Part shown: piece by piece, positions 13,626 to 26,473 of the stretch | How the letters are laid out: every line of letters starts with the position of its first letter | How positions within the stretch are numbered: the first letter of the stretch is position 1 | Assembly (NCBI GenBank): GCA_002269645.1 | Contig: NIVC01001585.1 | Location: 201,421 to 265,420 of the forward strand | DNA: 64,000 bases | From: Macrostomum lignano | Taxonomy: Eukaryota | Reading direction: 5' to 3' | The notes under the pieces: model-generated | What the model was told of the DNA's origin: nothing | The model's input: the letters and a program-made list of their open reading frames with translations, nothing else | The model's database searches: none | Program-made: the position numbers and the translations under genes

Positions 13626-13824
13626 CACAGTAGACAATTGCTCACAGACAGCACAGACAGTCAGCACTGATAATTTCTCCTGTTCAAACTTGTCAAAAAA
13701 TCGTGCGATCCCCTAATTTGAATAAATTTCCCATTTTTTCTGCCTATCCACAATCCCCTAAAATCGCCGTACGAACTTCACTCACTCTCCCGTAGAATAT
13801 CCCAGCAACAGAAAACTTTCCGCA

Positions 13825-13870
13825 GCTCCAATGGGCGGACGCGACCGCCACCCCAGTAGGGGATCCAATC
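13825..13870 (+). promoter_or_regulatory. Candidate FoxD proximal promoter (CCAAT plus GC box)
   Basis: CCAAT at 13828 directly followed by GGGCGG, and a second CCAAT at 13865, about 160-200 bp upstream of the ATG. Motif match only. Confidence 0.3.
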
Positions 13871-14027
13871 CCAGAGCTCCCCGCCATCCCCCTACACCAC
13901 CCCAAGTCGCGCGTCAGTTTTCCCCTTATTTTGGAAAATTTTCATAATTCCAAATCCCCCCAAAAATACCGGAGCAGATTTCCATCCCGAGAGTGAGACA
14001 CAACCTTCCATTGGCACCTCAGTTCCC

Positions 14028-17000
14028 ATGTTCTCCCCAATCGCCGCCATCGGTCAGCAGCCATCCACCGCCTCCGCCGCCGTGATGGACATGGAGCCTA
14101 CTGACGATGACTTCGATGACGACTGCATCGAATACGACGCTGACTACGGGGCTGGTCAGCGAGAGACCGACGATGATCTCGATCTTCCTGGAGTTTCCAA
14201 CGCGGCCGCTGGGAGGAGTGCCGAGCATGACATCGACGAACAGGTTGTCGCGGCGTCGGCGGTGGCTTCGACGGCCGGAAACGGCGGCGGCGGCGGCTCA
14301 GCCAGCAAGAAGCGAAGCCACCACGTGAAACCGCCCTACAGCTACATCGCCCTCATCACCATGGCGATTCTGCAGTCGGCAACCAGGAAGCTGACTCTTA
14401 GCGGCATCTGCGAGTTCATTATGAATCGGTTCCCGTATTATAAAGAGAGGTGAGTCGATATTCTGCACTTATTGGAGAGTTCTCAAATAGTTTCACTTCG
14501 GGGCGATTTAAGAGAGTGGATGGCGACTGTAGAAGGGGGCGGATGTTGTGCTGTTGGCGACTGTAGAAGGGGCGGATGTTGTGCTGCTGGCGACTGTAGA
14601 AGGGGCGGATGTTGTGCTGTTGGCGACTGTAGAATTGGCGGATGTTGTGCTGTTGGCGACTGTAGAAGGGGCGGATGTTGTGCTGTTGGCGACTGTAGAA
14701 GGGGCGGATGTTGTGCTGTTGGCGACTGTAGAAGGGGGCGGATGTTGTGCTGTTGGCGACTGTAGAAGGGGCGGATGTTGTGCTGCTGGCGACTGTAGAA
14801 GGGGCGGATGTTGTGCTGTTGGCGACTGTAGAAGGGGCGGATGTTGTGCTGCTGGCGACTGTAGAAGGGGCTGATGTTGTGCTGCTGGCGACTGTAGAAG
14901 GGGCGGATGTTGTGCTGCTGGCGACTGTAGAAGGGGCTGATGTTGTGCTGCTGGCGACTGTAGAAGGGGCGGATGTTGTGCTGTTGGCGACTGTAGAAGG
15001 GGCGGATGTTGTGCTGTTGGCGACTGTAGAAGGGGCGGATGTTGTGCTGTTGGCGACTGTAGAAGGGGCGGATGTTGTGCTGTTGGCGACTGTAGAAGGG
15101 GCGGATGTTGTGCTGTTGGCGACTGTAGAAGGGGCGGATGTTGTGCTGTTGGCGACTGTAGAAGGGGCGGATGTTGTGCTGCTGGCGACTGTAGAAGGGG
15201 CTGATGTTGTGCTGCTGGCGACTGTAGAAGGGGCGGATGTTGTGCTGTTCGAGACTGTAGAAGGGGGGCGGATTTTGCGCTGTTGGCGTCTGTTGAAGGG
15301 CGGATATGAATGGGGGAGAGCTGTAGGAGGGGCGGGTTAGGGTAGAAGTATAATTATTGCATTTCCATTCTTTATTTGCCTCGGCCAAAAGAAGATTTTC
15401 ACATCCAACTACTATTTAAGATTATCCCATAGAAACGAAGCCCGTGTAATCCTTGAAATGTTAAAACACAGTCGACTTTTTCCGATATTTTCACAGCGCA
15501 TTGAAGTGTGAAGCTTTTATACCACCTATGCAGAAGCCACTATAGTGTTGTGAAAACAGTATCCACCATAGTGAACAGCAGAGAGGCTGTGTGTTCAACC
15601 AGTGAACCCGAACTCGAATCTACCCGTGTGTAACAACAGCAGTCAAAAACCGCCTGAACCATGCTTAAATGCGAAATCGCAGCAAGATGAAGATTCGCGG
15701 GGCCGAAATATATAGTGAATTGATTTGTTGCTAAGAGTAAAAAAACCATACACAACTTTGCGGGAGGCTAAACACTGACTGCCCCCCCCCCCCTACATCC
15801 CGATCCCGGCTAGTATAGACCTGATCTTGCCTGTTATTATTTTTACAAGTAGAAAATATATAATCATTTGGCTGCTGGTGTCTGCGGAACCGGTGGGTGG
15901 TCTGGGCGGGGATCCTGACTGGCATTCGAGTCCCTCTCTCCGCCCCTTTCTTTTTCTTTCTTAATAAACGGCCTTTCAGCCGTTTTCCAGCGGCTTTTTC
16001 CCGATGTAATTTTGTTTGATTTCTGTTGTCTTTAACACGAAAGAAGCAGTAAGTATTCGCGGGTGCCACTCACTGCCTCCTATAGGCTTATGCTTTTATT
16101 GTATATAGCTTTCCTCTGATTCATTCTTCCCATTTTACAAATCAAGCAATTTTCACATTCTCCCACTCCAACATTCTCCCACTCCAACATTCTCCCATTC
16201 CAACATTCTCCCATTCCAACATTCTCCCACTCCAACATTCTCCCATTCCAACATTCTCCCACTCCGACATTCTCCCATTCCAACATTCTACCATTCCAAC
16301 ATTCTCCCACTCCAACATTCTCCCACTCCAACATTCTCCTATTCCAACATTCTCCCATTCCAACATTCTCCCATTCCAACATTCTCCCATTCCAACATTC
16401 TCCCATTCCAACATTCTCCCACTCCAACATTCTCCCATTCCAACATTCTCCCACTCCGACATTCTCCCATTCCAACATTCTACCATTCCAACATTCTCCC
16501 ACTCCAACATTCTCCCACTCCAACATTCTCCCACTCCAACATTCTCCCATTCCAACATTCTCCCATTCCAACATTCTCCCATTCCAACATTCTCCCATTC
16601 CAACATTCTCCCATTCCAACATTCTCCCACTCCAACATTCTCCTACTCCGACATCCTCCCCCATTTCCATGCTTGCATGCGCACATGAAGACCCGCCCTC
16701 AGCGCACACATAAACAACCGATACCTCTTCCTCATCCCCACAGATTCCCGGCCTGGCAGAACAGCATCCGGCACAATTTATCCCTAAACGATTGCTTCGT
16801 AAAAATCCCTCGCGAGCCGGGCAACCCGGGCAAGGGCAACTACTGGACGCTGGACCCGCAGTCGGAGGACATGTTTGACAACGGCAGTTTCCTGCGCAGG
16901 CGGAAGCGCTACAAGCGACAGTCCATGGTGCCCGATCTGTTTAGCCCGCCGCCGGGTTTTCTGCCGGGACCGCCGCCGCAGCTGCCGCCATTTGGCCTGC

Positions 17001-17452
17001 ACCATCACCATCACCAGCATCAGCATCAGCATCTGCAGCACCATCACCTGCCGCTGCCGCCTCCGCCACCGCCGCCTCCAATGCCGTTTCACCTGCCGCC
17101 ACCCTTCGGCTTGCTGCCGCCGCTGCCGCCGCCTCCGCCTCAGCCGTCCAAGAGCTGCGCATCGAGTTCGTCAACTAGCCTGGCCGTCTCCGCAGCCTCC
17201 TCCACCTGCGCCGCGGCAGCTTCATCTGTTGCCAGCAAGACCTTTACCATAGACAGTTTGATCAACGGAGCGGCGGGGAAATCGGTCGAACAGCGGACGA
17301 CTGATGTTGCCGCCGCCGCAGCCGCCTACCCGCCTCTGATCCGACTGCCGCAACAGCACCAGCAGGATGGGCCGCAGTTCGACTTCGCGATCTACCAGAA
17401 GCTGATGCTGCAGACTGCTGGTCTGCTGCCGCCGCCTTCCTGGATTCGTTGA
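14028..17452 (+). CDS. foxD: Forkhead box D (FoxD) transcription factor, 2 exons
   Basis: join(14028-14449,16744-17452), phase-2 intron (GTgagt...cacAG). The spliced domain [38 protein letters not shown]|[58 protein letters not shown] is diagnostic of FoxD. There is also an acidic N-terminus and an eh1-like motif FTIDSLI at 17243-17263. Confidence 0.95.
14522..15265. repeat. 33-bp minisatellite in the FoxD intron
   Basis: Unit GGCGACTGTAGAAGGGGCGGATGTTGTGCTGTT. Confidence 0.95.
16154..16655. repeat. 16-bp minisatellite in the FoxD intron
   Basis: Unit ATTCTCCCA(T/C)TCCAAC. Confidence 0.95.
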
Positions 17453-19798
17453 ACTGCATGTAGACACGCTGGTAATTAAACTTGGACACAACTTCTTTGT
17501 GAACTTCTTCTTTTGTTATCTGTGTGTGTGTCATGTCGATCTGTGCAAATTAAATTTATCCATTTATTTGCTCTCTGTGTCTGTTCCGTTTATTGACCTG
17601 TGCCGCATACTACAGTAAAGTAGATAAACAAAGTTAGCGTCTAATATGTTTGTCTGTTTAAAAACTTCATACTCGCCTATGTTCATATTCGGGATTAACT
17701 GGGATCTGACTTATCAAATCTCTCCCGAGACTCATATTGTATCCCCAGTTAATATCAATAGGATCCTCTTGAGATTGAGATTAATCATGAGATCATCTAT
17801 AGCATCTCACATTAAGGGATCCTAATAAAGTTATCTTCCCATGTTCGTATTCATCTTGATATTCAATTACGATTGTTCCAATCTGTCTCCAATCACTCGA
17901 TGCACGCATAATGTCGATCAGTTTGATTTGAATTCATATAACAGGGTAGCTATTGAAAAGTCGAGATAATTCTTAGAAAGTTTTATTATCAATCAGTTTT
18001 TTCTTACCATTCCATCACCCCCGTTTTAACTGATTGACTAGCATCAATTTATATTAGTCCATATTAGTCATATTCGTCACTGACTCTATTAAGTGGAGCG
18101 ATAGTAAACCGATGCACTTTTTACGAAATTTACAGTAAGACGTCCCACCCGAAACCACTTGTACAGCAGCCACTTTGTTTGATAATTTTCGATGAGTGGA
18201 ATTGAAACAAAGCAAACCTTTCTTTTAAGCGCTTATACTATCATTCACCTTCACTGATTTGCTGTAGCTATAGTGAGTTTGTTTTAATGTTTAAGTACAT
18301 CATGTACGCGTAATTCTACGAGTATATATGAAATGCGCTCGATAAAACTTAAAATGATTTAAAATACTTTTGTTTAAGTAAGCAAAGTTAAAAAGTTAAG
18401 ATATAATTGTAGTAGAGGTAATCTATTGGATAATTAATGTATATATAATAATGTAATAATCACTACGTTTTCAACTCAACTATTTGAATTGAGTTTTGGA
18501 TTTAACAAAAGGTATATTTCACCTTTTTTCGGTAGAAATTTTGTTTTATGAAAGTGGACGGTATAGGTATAGGGTCCATTTTTGGAAATTTGTAATAATA
18601 AAATATATTTGAGAACAGGATATTTAGCAACGCGAATAAATAATTCAAAAGAGTATCTACAATTAACAAGTGTAGCTAGTAGATGGCTGCAAAATATGTA
18701 AAATTTGATACCGGCATTATTTCTTGTTTGATTTTTTATTTGTTTTAAACAAGAATGATACACTGTTAGCTAGTCCGATGCACTTTATTACTTAATATCT
18801 AACGTTCTGTCTGTCTGTCTCTGACATTGCTTTATGCGTTAAAATGTATCTAAACCTCCAAATGCACCATATCAAGCATGCCTAAAATACTGTAGTTTGC
18901 TTATTCGTATTTGTTATTTGTTATTCGAATAAACATCCTGCTGCAACTATGCAAATGTACACCAAATTGCTTTTTAATAAAACAAATTGAGTAGCAATTC
19001 AAATGTTTAAATTATACTTGCAACTCTTGGATTTGTTTGATTAATTGCTAAATAAATAGCTTTCTGTTAAAGTCTTCTGCCTTTTTTATATAATTTATAT
19101 CGCATATTAAATTTGTTATACGCAAGTTAGCTTTCAAAAAGTGAAATCCAAATGGCAATATTTTTACAGCTAAGACGAACCCATTGCCTGTTTGGGGGGT
19201 AAAAAGGAAAATTATGTGTGTAAGCGAAGGCTTATGTTAGAGAGCTGTGAGAAAAGATGATGTGTTTGAGGATTAAATATTTGTGAATATAGTGAGAGTG
19301 AGAGTGCAGAGTAGCAAGGGGGCAGGAATCTCAGTCTTTACTCAACCGGCACCGAAACAACAAAGAAAAGAGAAGGAAGTCAAAATTGGCGAGCTGTTAT
19401 TTCACCCCGGCTGTATGTAGGATTGGGGGAAAGGCAAGGCGCGTTGCAACTGTTTGGGAAAACTTTCACACTTTATTGCACCCACCCCAATATTCTTAAG
19501 TCAGGAACAGCGCTTCGCGGAAGTCGTAGCGCGATTTCTCTAACCAATATTCTTCTGTCGGCCTTTCTGTCGCGCCGCACGCTTAGTCAATATTATGGCG
19601 TTTGAAGAAAATAGCGGGGGGCTGACACCCAGCTGGGGGAATGGAAGATAAATACGAATAGGAGGGCTGAATGCTTTTAAGACGCCTCAACGAGAAAGGG
19701 AGCTGCAGGAAGTTTTTTATTGGGATTGGGGATGGCCCACCAGGTGTCTTGTTGAGGCAGGTGCTCTGGGTGAGGTCTGTAATTCGAGCCAGTGTTCA

Positions 19799-20572
19799 GA
19801 GCTTTGGTGGCGCTGTTTTTGAGGCGCCGTTTGTAGCTTTGATGGCGCCGTTTGTAGCTTTGATGGCGCCGTTTGTAGCTTTGGTGGCGCTGTTTGTAGC
19901 TTTGGTGGCGCCGTTTGTAGCTTTAGTGGCGCCGTTTGTAGCTTTGGTGGCGCCGTTTGTAGCTTTGATGGCGCCGTTTGTAGCTTTGGTGGCGCCGTTT
20001 GTAGCTTTGGTGGCGCCGTTTGTAGCTTTGGTGGCGCCGTTTGTAGCTTTGCATGGTGGCGCCGTTTGTAGCTTTGGTGGCGCTGTTTTAGCTTTGGTGG
20101 CGCTGTTTTGGAATGCCGTTTGTAGCTTTGGTGGCGCTGTTTTGGAATGCCGTTTGTAGCTTTGGTGGCGCTGTTTTGGAATGCCGTTTGTAGCTTTGGT
20201 GGCGCTGTTTTGGAATGCCGTTTGTAGCTTTGGTGGCGCTGTTTTGAGGCGCCGTTTGTAGCTTTGGTGGCGCTGTTTTTGAGACGCCGTTTGAAGCTTT
20301 GATGGCGCTTTTTTGGAACGCCATTTGTAGTTTTGATTTTGCGCCGTTTGTAGCTTTGGTGGCGCTGTTTTAGAATGTCGTTTGTAGCTTTGAATACGCT
20401 GTTTTTTGAGGCGCCGTTTGTAGCTTTGGTGGCGCTGCTTTGAGGCGCCGTTTGTAGCTTTGATGGCGATTTTTTGGAACGCCATTTGTAGTTTTGATTT
20501 TGCGCCGTTTGTAGCTTTGGTGGCGCCGTTTTGAGGCGCCGTTTGCAGCTTCGGTGGCGCTGTTTTGAGGCG
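19799..20572. repeat. 21-bp minisatellite grading into longer variants
   Basis: Unit GTAGCTTTGGTGGCGCCGTTT. Confidence 0.92.
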
Positions 20573-21296
20573 CGATTTTAAACGCTCGGTTTACAGGTTG
20601 TGCCGTTTTGAAAGTGGCAAACCAAAATATGCCATTTTCTAAGTCTCATCTATAGGGGCAGAAAAAGTTGCAGAGGCAGAAACCTGCCGCGCTAAAAGCA
20701 GCAAACGCCTGCTAAAGCGATTAGCACAAAAAAGCACAACTGCAACTCGCCAGTAGCCAATGTGTTTTCCTCGCCCTCTAGGCCAAATATTTACAAAGGC
20801 TGGTAAACTGTTTCTCTGTGGCGATTTGCTGGAAGACAAGACAGATGATACACAGCCTGTTAAATCGATGACATTGTGTCCTGTATGCAGTTGTGCTTAT
20901 TATGGCTTTCTAGAGCTTTGTAGGAGTGTATAAGCAAAGTACCGTGAGGCCTGATTACATTCTCTGAGGACGCTAAGCCGTGCGCCTAATCACTCTTAAA
21001 CGATTCGCCAGAGGTTCCAGTAGTGTTCCAGGAAACGATGGGGTTTTGTTAAACGTTACGATGCACTGTGCAAGAGGCTCGCGTGGGGTTCTGTGCTTGC
21101 GTCACCGCGGGATGAGACAAATTTTTCTAAGCCTCTTTTTGAAGGAAGGAATATTGTTCTTATTGCTGATAGGTGGACAGGTGAACAGGTTGCAACTGGG
21201 TGTAATTGGAGCTTAAGAAGGGAATGGAATTTTGGAGTGGCATATGGGATAAGTGGGGAGATTGAAGTGGTTGATAACAATTAGTAGTTGAGATCG

Positions 21297-21722
21297 AAAT
21301 TAAGGACAGGAGAGATTAGAATTAAGGACATGTGAGATTAGAATTAAGGACAGGTGAGATTAGAATTAAGGACATGTGAGATTAGAATTAAGGACAGGTG
21401 AGATTAGAATTAAGGACAGGTGAGATTAGAATTAAGGAAATGTGAGATTAAAATTAAGGACAGGTGAGAATTAAGGAAATGTGAGATTAGAATTAAGGAC
21501 AGGTGAGATTAGAAATAAGGAAATGTGAGATTAGAATTAAGGACGGGAGAGATTAGAATTAAGGACAGGTGAGATTAGAATTAAGGACAGGAGATTAGAA
21601 TAAAGGACAGGAGATTAGAATTAAGGACGGGAGAGATTAGAATTAAGGACAGGTGAGATTAGAATAAAGGACAGGAGATTAGAATTAAGGACATGAGATT
21701 AGAATTAAGGACAGGTGAGATT
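21297..21722. repeat. 22-bp minisatellite
   Basis: Unit GAGATTAGAATTAAGGACAGGT. Confidence 0.92.
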
Positions 21723-21762
21723 AGTCGTTAAAAAGACAGCTGAGATTGCATTTTTTAAGACT

Positions 21763-22612
21763 TGTGAGATGGGAGTAGTTAGAGACAGGTGAGCTGGGAG
21801 TAGTTAGAGACAGGTGAGCTGGGAGTATAGTTAGAGACGGGTGAGCTGGGAGTAGTTAGAGACACGTGAGCTGGGAGTATAGTTAGAGACACGTGAGCTG
21901 GGAGTATAGTTAGAGACACGTGAGCTGGGAGTATAGTTAAAGACAGGTGAGCTGGGAGTATAGTTAAAGACAGGTGAGCTGGGAGTATAGTTAAAGACAG
22001 GTGAGCTGGGAGTATAGTTAAAGACAGGTGAGCTGGGAGTATAGTTAAAGACAGGTGAGCTGGGAGTATAGTTAAAGACAGGTGAGCTGGGAGTATAGTT
22101 AAAGACAGGTGAGCTGGGAGTATAGTTAAAGACAGGTGAGATGGGAGTATAGTTAAAGACAGGTGAGATGGGAGTATAGTTAAAGACAGGTGAGATGGGA
22201 GTATAGTTAGAGACAGGTGAGCTGGGAGTATAGTTAGAGACAGGTGAGATGGGAGTATAGTTAGAGACAGGTGAGATGGGAGTATAGTTAAAGACACGTG
22301 AGATTGGAGTATAGTTAAAGACAAGTGAGATGGGAGTATAGTTAGAGACAGGGGAGATGGGAGTATAGTTAAAGACAGGTGAGCTGGGAGTATAGTTAAA
22401 GACAGGTGAGATTGGAGTATAGTTAGAGACAGGTGAGATTGGAGTATAGTTAGAGACAGGTGAGATTGGAGTATAGTTAGAGACAGGTGAGATTGGTGTA
22501 TAGTTAAAGACAGGTGAGATGGGAGTATAGTTAGAGACACATGAGATGGGAGAATAGTTAGAGACACGTGAGCTGGGAGCATAGTTAAAGACAGGTGAGA
22601 TTGGAGTGGTTA
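21763..22612. repeat. 27-bp minisatellite
   Basis: Unit GAGCTGGGAGTATAGTTAAAGACAGGT; shares the GACAGGTGAG core with the adjacent 22-bp array. Confidence 0.95.
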
Positions 22613-23269
22613 AATACAGGTAGACAGGAAGACCTCATCCAGTTTTATTACAAACTGTAGGAAGAGGATTAGTTACGCAGACGGTACAAGGCAGTCAACG
22701 GCTCGTGCCTTGGAGGATTCGGGTTTTGTTTTCACAGGAGCACCGGTGCTGGTCAGTCCGGTTTGCGGTTCAGACGGCAGCAGCTTACACACACAGTCGG
22801 GGTCAGAAAGCTTTGATATTAGCTCCAAGTTGCAGTACCTGAACCTGGTGGGGAGCTGGGAGAAAAGAAGATGAGAGAGAGGCAGACAGAGAAAACACAC
22901 AGGGAGGCGGTTTCAAGCCGAGCTGCTGAAATCTATCTTTGCTATTATTTTTCTAATCAAGCAGAGGCAAACTCCTTCATCATATATCGAGTTTGATCTG
23001 GGCCCGCTTAAGCCAACTTGCCAATCTGCGCGCTCTCTCTCACCTAGAATATGGGGAGCTTTTTATGGGGAAGGCCATACATGAATCGAATGGCCTGTGG
23101 GAAATGCCATTATATCTGCCTGGGGGGCCATTGCCCAAGGGTTTGCGACAACACGTTAGCCAATAATTTAGCAGAATTTAAACAGATATTAAACAGAAAG
23201 TTTTTGTAAAAAAATTTACGTATTTTCAAATAATGCGTAGGATTTGAAAATTTAGCTAAATTTTTAGGG

Positions 23270-23560
23270 ATAGTGAGAGGGAGAAGGTGAGGGAGAGGAT
23301 GAGAATGAGAGAGGGAGAAGGGGAGTGAGAGATGGAGAGTGGGTGGGAGAATGAGAAGGAGAGGGAGAGATGAAGAGTGAGAGAAGGAGAGTGAGAGATA
23401 GAGAGTGATAGATGGAGATGGGGAGTGAGAGAAGGAGAGTGAGAGAAAGAGACTGAGAGATGAAGTGTGATAGATGGAGATGGGGAGTGAGAGAAGGAGA
23501 GTGAGAGAGGGAGATGGAGAGTGAGAGATGGAGAATTAGAGATGTAGAGAGAGAGAAGAG
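23270..23560. repeat. Degenerate GA-rich repeat
   Basis: GAGAGTGAGAGA(T/A)G motifs. Confidence 0.85.
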
Positions 23561-23596
23561 AGGTCACGGCGTGTTTAAAAAAAATTCAATATGGGT

Positions 23597-23628
23597 TACC
23601 GGTTTCAAGCCTCTGGGCTTTTTATCAG
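23597..23628 (-). ncRNA. Degenerate minimal type I hammerhead ribozyme motif
   Basis: Minus strand reads CUGAUAA A AAGCC-CAGA-GGCUU GAAA CCGG UA: perfect 5-bp helix II and a 1-bp helix III closed by a palindromic tetraloop. G8 is replaced by A and helix I pairs poorly. Confidence 0.45.
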
Positions 23629-24035
23629 GCCAAAAATCTGTGTTTAATGCAATGTAAGTTGGTCTTTTAAGTATATTATTTTTCTTAGTCTGATAAAATT
23701 GATGAGTAGTTGTACATATGAGGGATGTACATTTAAAACCCTGTTTTGTCTAGCTCTGACTTGTCCCAGAGGCTTTCCACTGTTCATTTCAATCGACATT
23801 TGTGCGTACAATCAAGTAGTTTGAATAAAATAAACGTGAATAAATATTGTACATCAATAGGGTAAAATGACCGCATTGGTTAAAATGATTCAATGGTTTC
23901 CTGGCTGAGACTTAAACTTATTGGGAGCCAGGAGGCTCTGTAAATTACGTTGCCGTGTAAATGCGGGCAGTATGCGGGAGCCTGGTTTATTTTGTAGTTT
24001 ATCAAAGTTTTTAGCAATCTCGTTAGCACTCTCTT

Positions 24036-24630
24036 GGAGAGTGAGAGATGGATATGGATAGTGAGAGAATGAGAGTGAGAGAAGGATAGTGAGAGAAGGA
24101 GAGTGAGAGATGAAGAGTGAGAGAAGGAGAGTGAGAGATGAAGAGTGAGAGAAGGAGAGTGAGAGATGAAGAGTGAGAGAAGGAGAGTGAGAGAAGGAGA
24201 GTGAGAGATGAAGAGTGAGAGATGGAGAGTGAGAGTTGGAGAGTGAGATTGAGATGGAGAGTGAGATTGAGATGGAGAGTGAGAGATGGAGAGTGAGAGA
24301 GTGAGAGTGAGAGAAGGAGAATGAGAGATGGAGAGTGAGAGATGGAGAGTGAGATTGAGATGGAGAGTGAGATATGAAGAGTGAGAGATGGAGAGTGAGA
24401 GATGGAGAGTGGGAGATGGAGAGTGAGATTGAGATGGAGAGTGAGAGATGGAGAGTGAGAGATGGAGAGTGAGATTGAGATGGAGAGTGAGAGATGAAGA
24501 GTGAGAGATGGAGAGTGAGATTGAGATGGAGAGTGAGAGATGGAGAGTGAGAGATGGAGAGTGAGAGAAGGAGAGTGGGAGATGGAGAGTGAGAGAAGGA
24601 GAGTGGGAGATGGAGAGTGAGAGTGAGAGA
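24036..24630. repeat. Degenerate GA-rich repeat
   Basis: GAGAGTGAGAGATG-type units, same family as 23270-23560. Confidence 0.88.
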
Positions 24631-25931
24631 TGCCGACCTAGCCAACAAGTGTCTCCAAAAAATCCGAGGTGATAAAGCTCGGTGATTGATGAAGCAATGG
24701 TGTTTCGCAGATTGTATTAGCAAATAAAGTTGCGCCCAGCAGGTGCCATTTGAGATTATACGAGCCGGGATTTGTCATGTCGCACGGATGTCCTCCTCCT
24801 CGAGCCGGACAATTAGGAAGCCGTCAAGTCGCGGCAATATTTAACTAGCTGGCTCGCACCTGGCGCAGCCTCACGGGGATTAAAGCAGACATGTTTTTGC
24901 ACGTTTTTACCAGGCAAAGCTCCGAAACTCCGTTTCGGCAAGGTCTCCAAGAATGCCGCCCGAACCCCCTCGGTTTCTGCTTTTACAGCTTCCATGACGA
25001 AATTAGCGGCCAGGAGAAAAAACTTATTGAAGGCGTCGCTCGAATTTTGGCAATAAATATTTTTCACAGCCAACCTTAAACTCGTATAAAAATATACGGG
25101 GGAACCTGTCACGGTGTCACCTCAACGGCCTGGCAGATCTGTTGCTATAGGGACCCCCCCCCCAACCCGAAAAAGCGATCCCCTTATTAAACCGGCCTGC
25201 GCACGCGGCTTGCAAAACAATCTTTCTGCAGGAATTTTAGCGGAACAGAACTCGAATACAGGAAATGTTTGGAGTTGTGTCAACATTGCAACAGCAGATT
25301 GCAGGCAGGCCTGCCTCAGCCAAGCTATTCATTATTCGAAGCCCAAGAAATGTTCTGCTTTGGTCATCAGCTCTCCCAGCTTGGTTTCACACCTTTGTTT
25401 TCAACCCCAAGCCCAACTTCTAACCTTCTGTTTCACTCGGTCTTTATAATTAACAAGCTTTAGAAAGTTTTTAGTCTCTAAGGTGGATCGGATGGGGCTT
25501 TTTATTCGACACCTCTAACTATGTCTTAGTCTTTCTTCCCAATCAATATTGCGGATAACAGATATATATATTTACGCAGCCGGGGAGTGTGTGCCCGGGG
25601 TGCTACAGAACTGAGTGTGGATGAGGAAATCCCCTGTTTTGATGATGTTTACTGTACAAATATTGAACTGCTCGGGCTCGGTCGTTTTAAATATGACACA
25701 CGCGCTCGCAGGCACAGGCGGACAGATGGGGTGCGAGGGTTCTGTTGGCGTCATATAATGTGAAAACTCGCATAGCTACCGATCGGGCCTTTATTACTCT
25801 CGTGGCTTACAAAGGCTCCGGATTTTAGTGAAATTCATTTTTTGCAATTCTCTTATTGCAAAACGAGAAGTTGCCGGGATCTCAGCCAGCTTCTTGATTT
25901 GAAATCTTCTTCAAACAGGCGAAACTGGTTA

Positions 25932-26167
<236 letters not shown>

Positions 26168-26473
26168 GCTGAGATGGAGAGAAGCAAACAGAGACAGTCA
26201 TCACAGATATATTGCCATTGCGAAAGATCGTTTAAGGACTCCAAGAGCTCTGTAATATTGCATCAAAGAATTTCAGATTTCAGACTTGAGCATATCAATT
26301 TGCTGAGTCATTCATCCGGTATGGAAGTTCGAATCGAAAGCCTGCTCGTTATTAAACATTCGCTAGTTGTTTAGAAGTGTTTAGCATCATGAAACCTGAA
26401 ATGTCAAGTCCAAGTGAGCAATTGTTTACCACAGACAGCCCGCTGACTTTGCACTGGATCAATATGGTACTTT

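Larger units (their letters stand above)
23590..25110 (-). mobile_element. Probable decayed Penelope-like retroelement fragment, interrupted by a GA-rich array
   Basis: Minus-strand peptides occur in the expected order: ...AFLETLPK...QKHVCFNP...SQLVKYCR (resembles RT FLD motif and thumb S.HP/SQL), then KNFDKLQ...RILPAFTRQRNLQSLLAPNK (resembles the PLE linker NF...AY/FRRxxNLxDxL), then a hammerhead-like motif at 23597-23628. No YxDD or intact GIY-YIG. Matched by eye only. Confidence 0.45.

Noticed and set aside
18560-18660. GIY-YIG-like peptide (CNNKIYLRTGYLATRI)
   Set aside because: Lacks YIG/YVG and the catalytic-region context; AT-rich non-coding DNA explains it.
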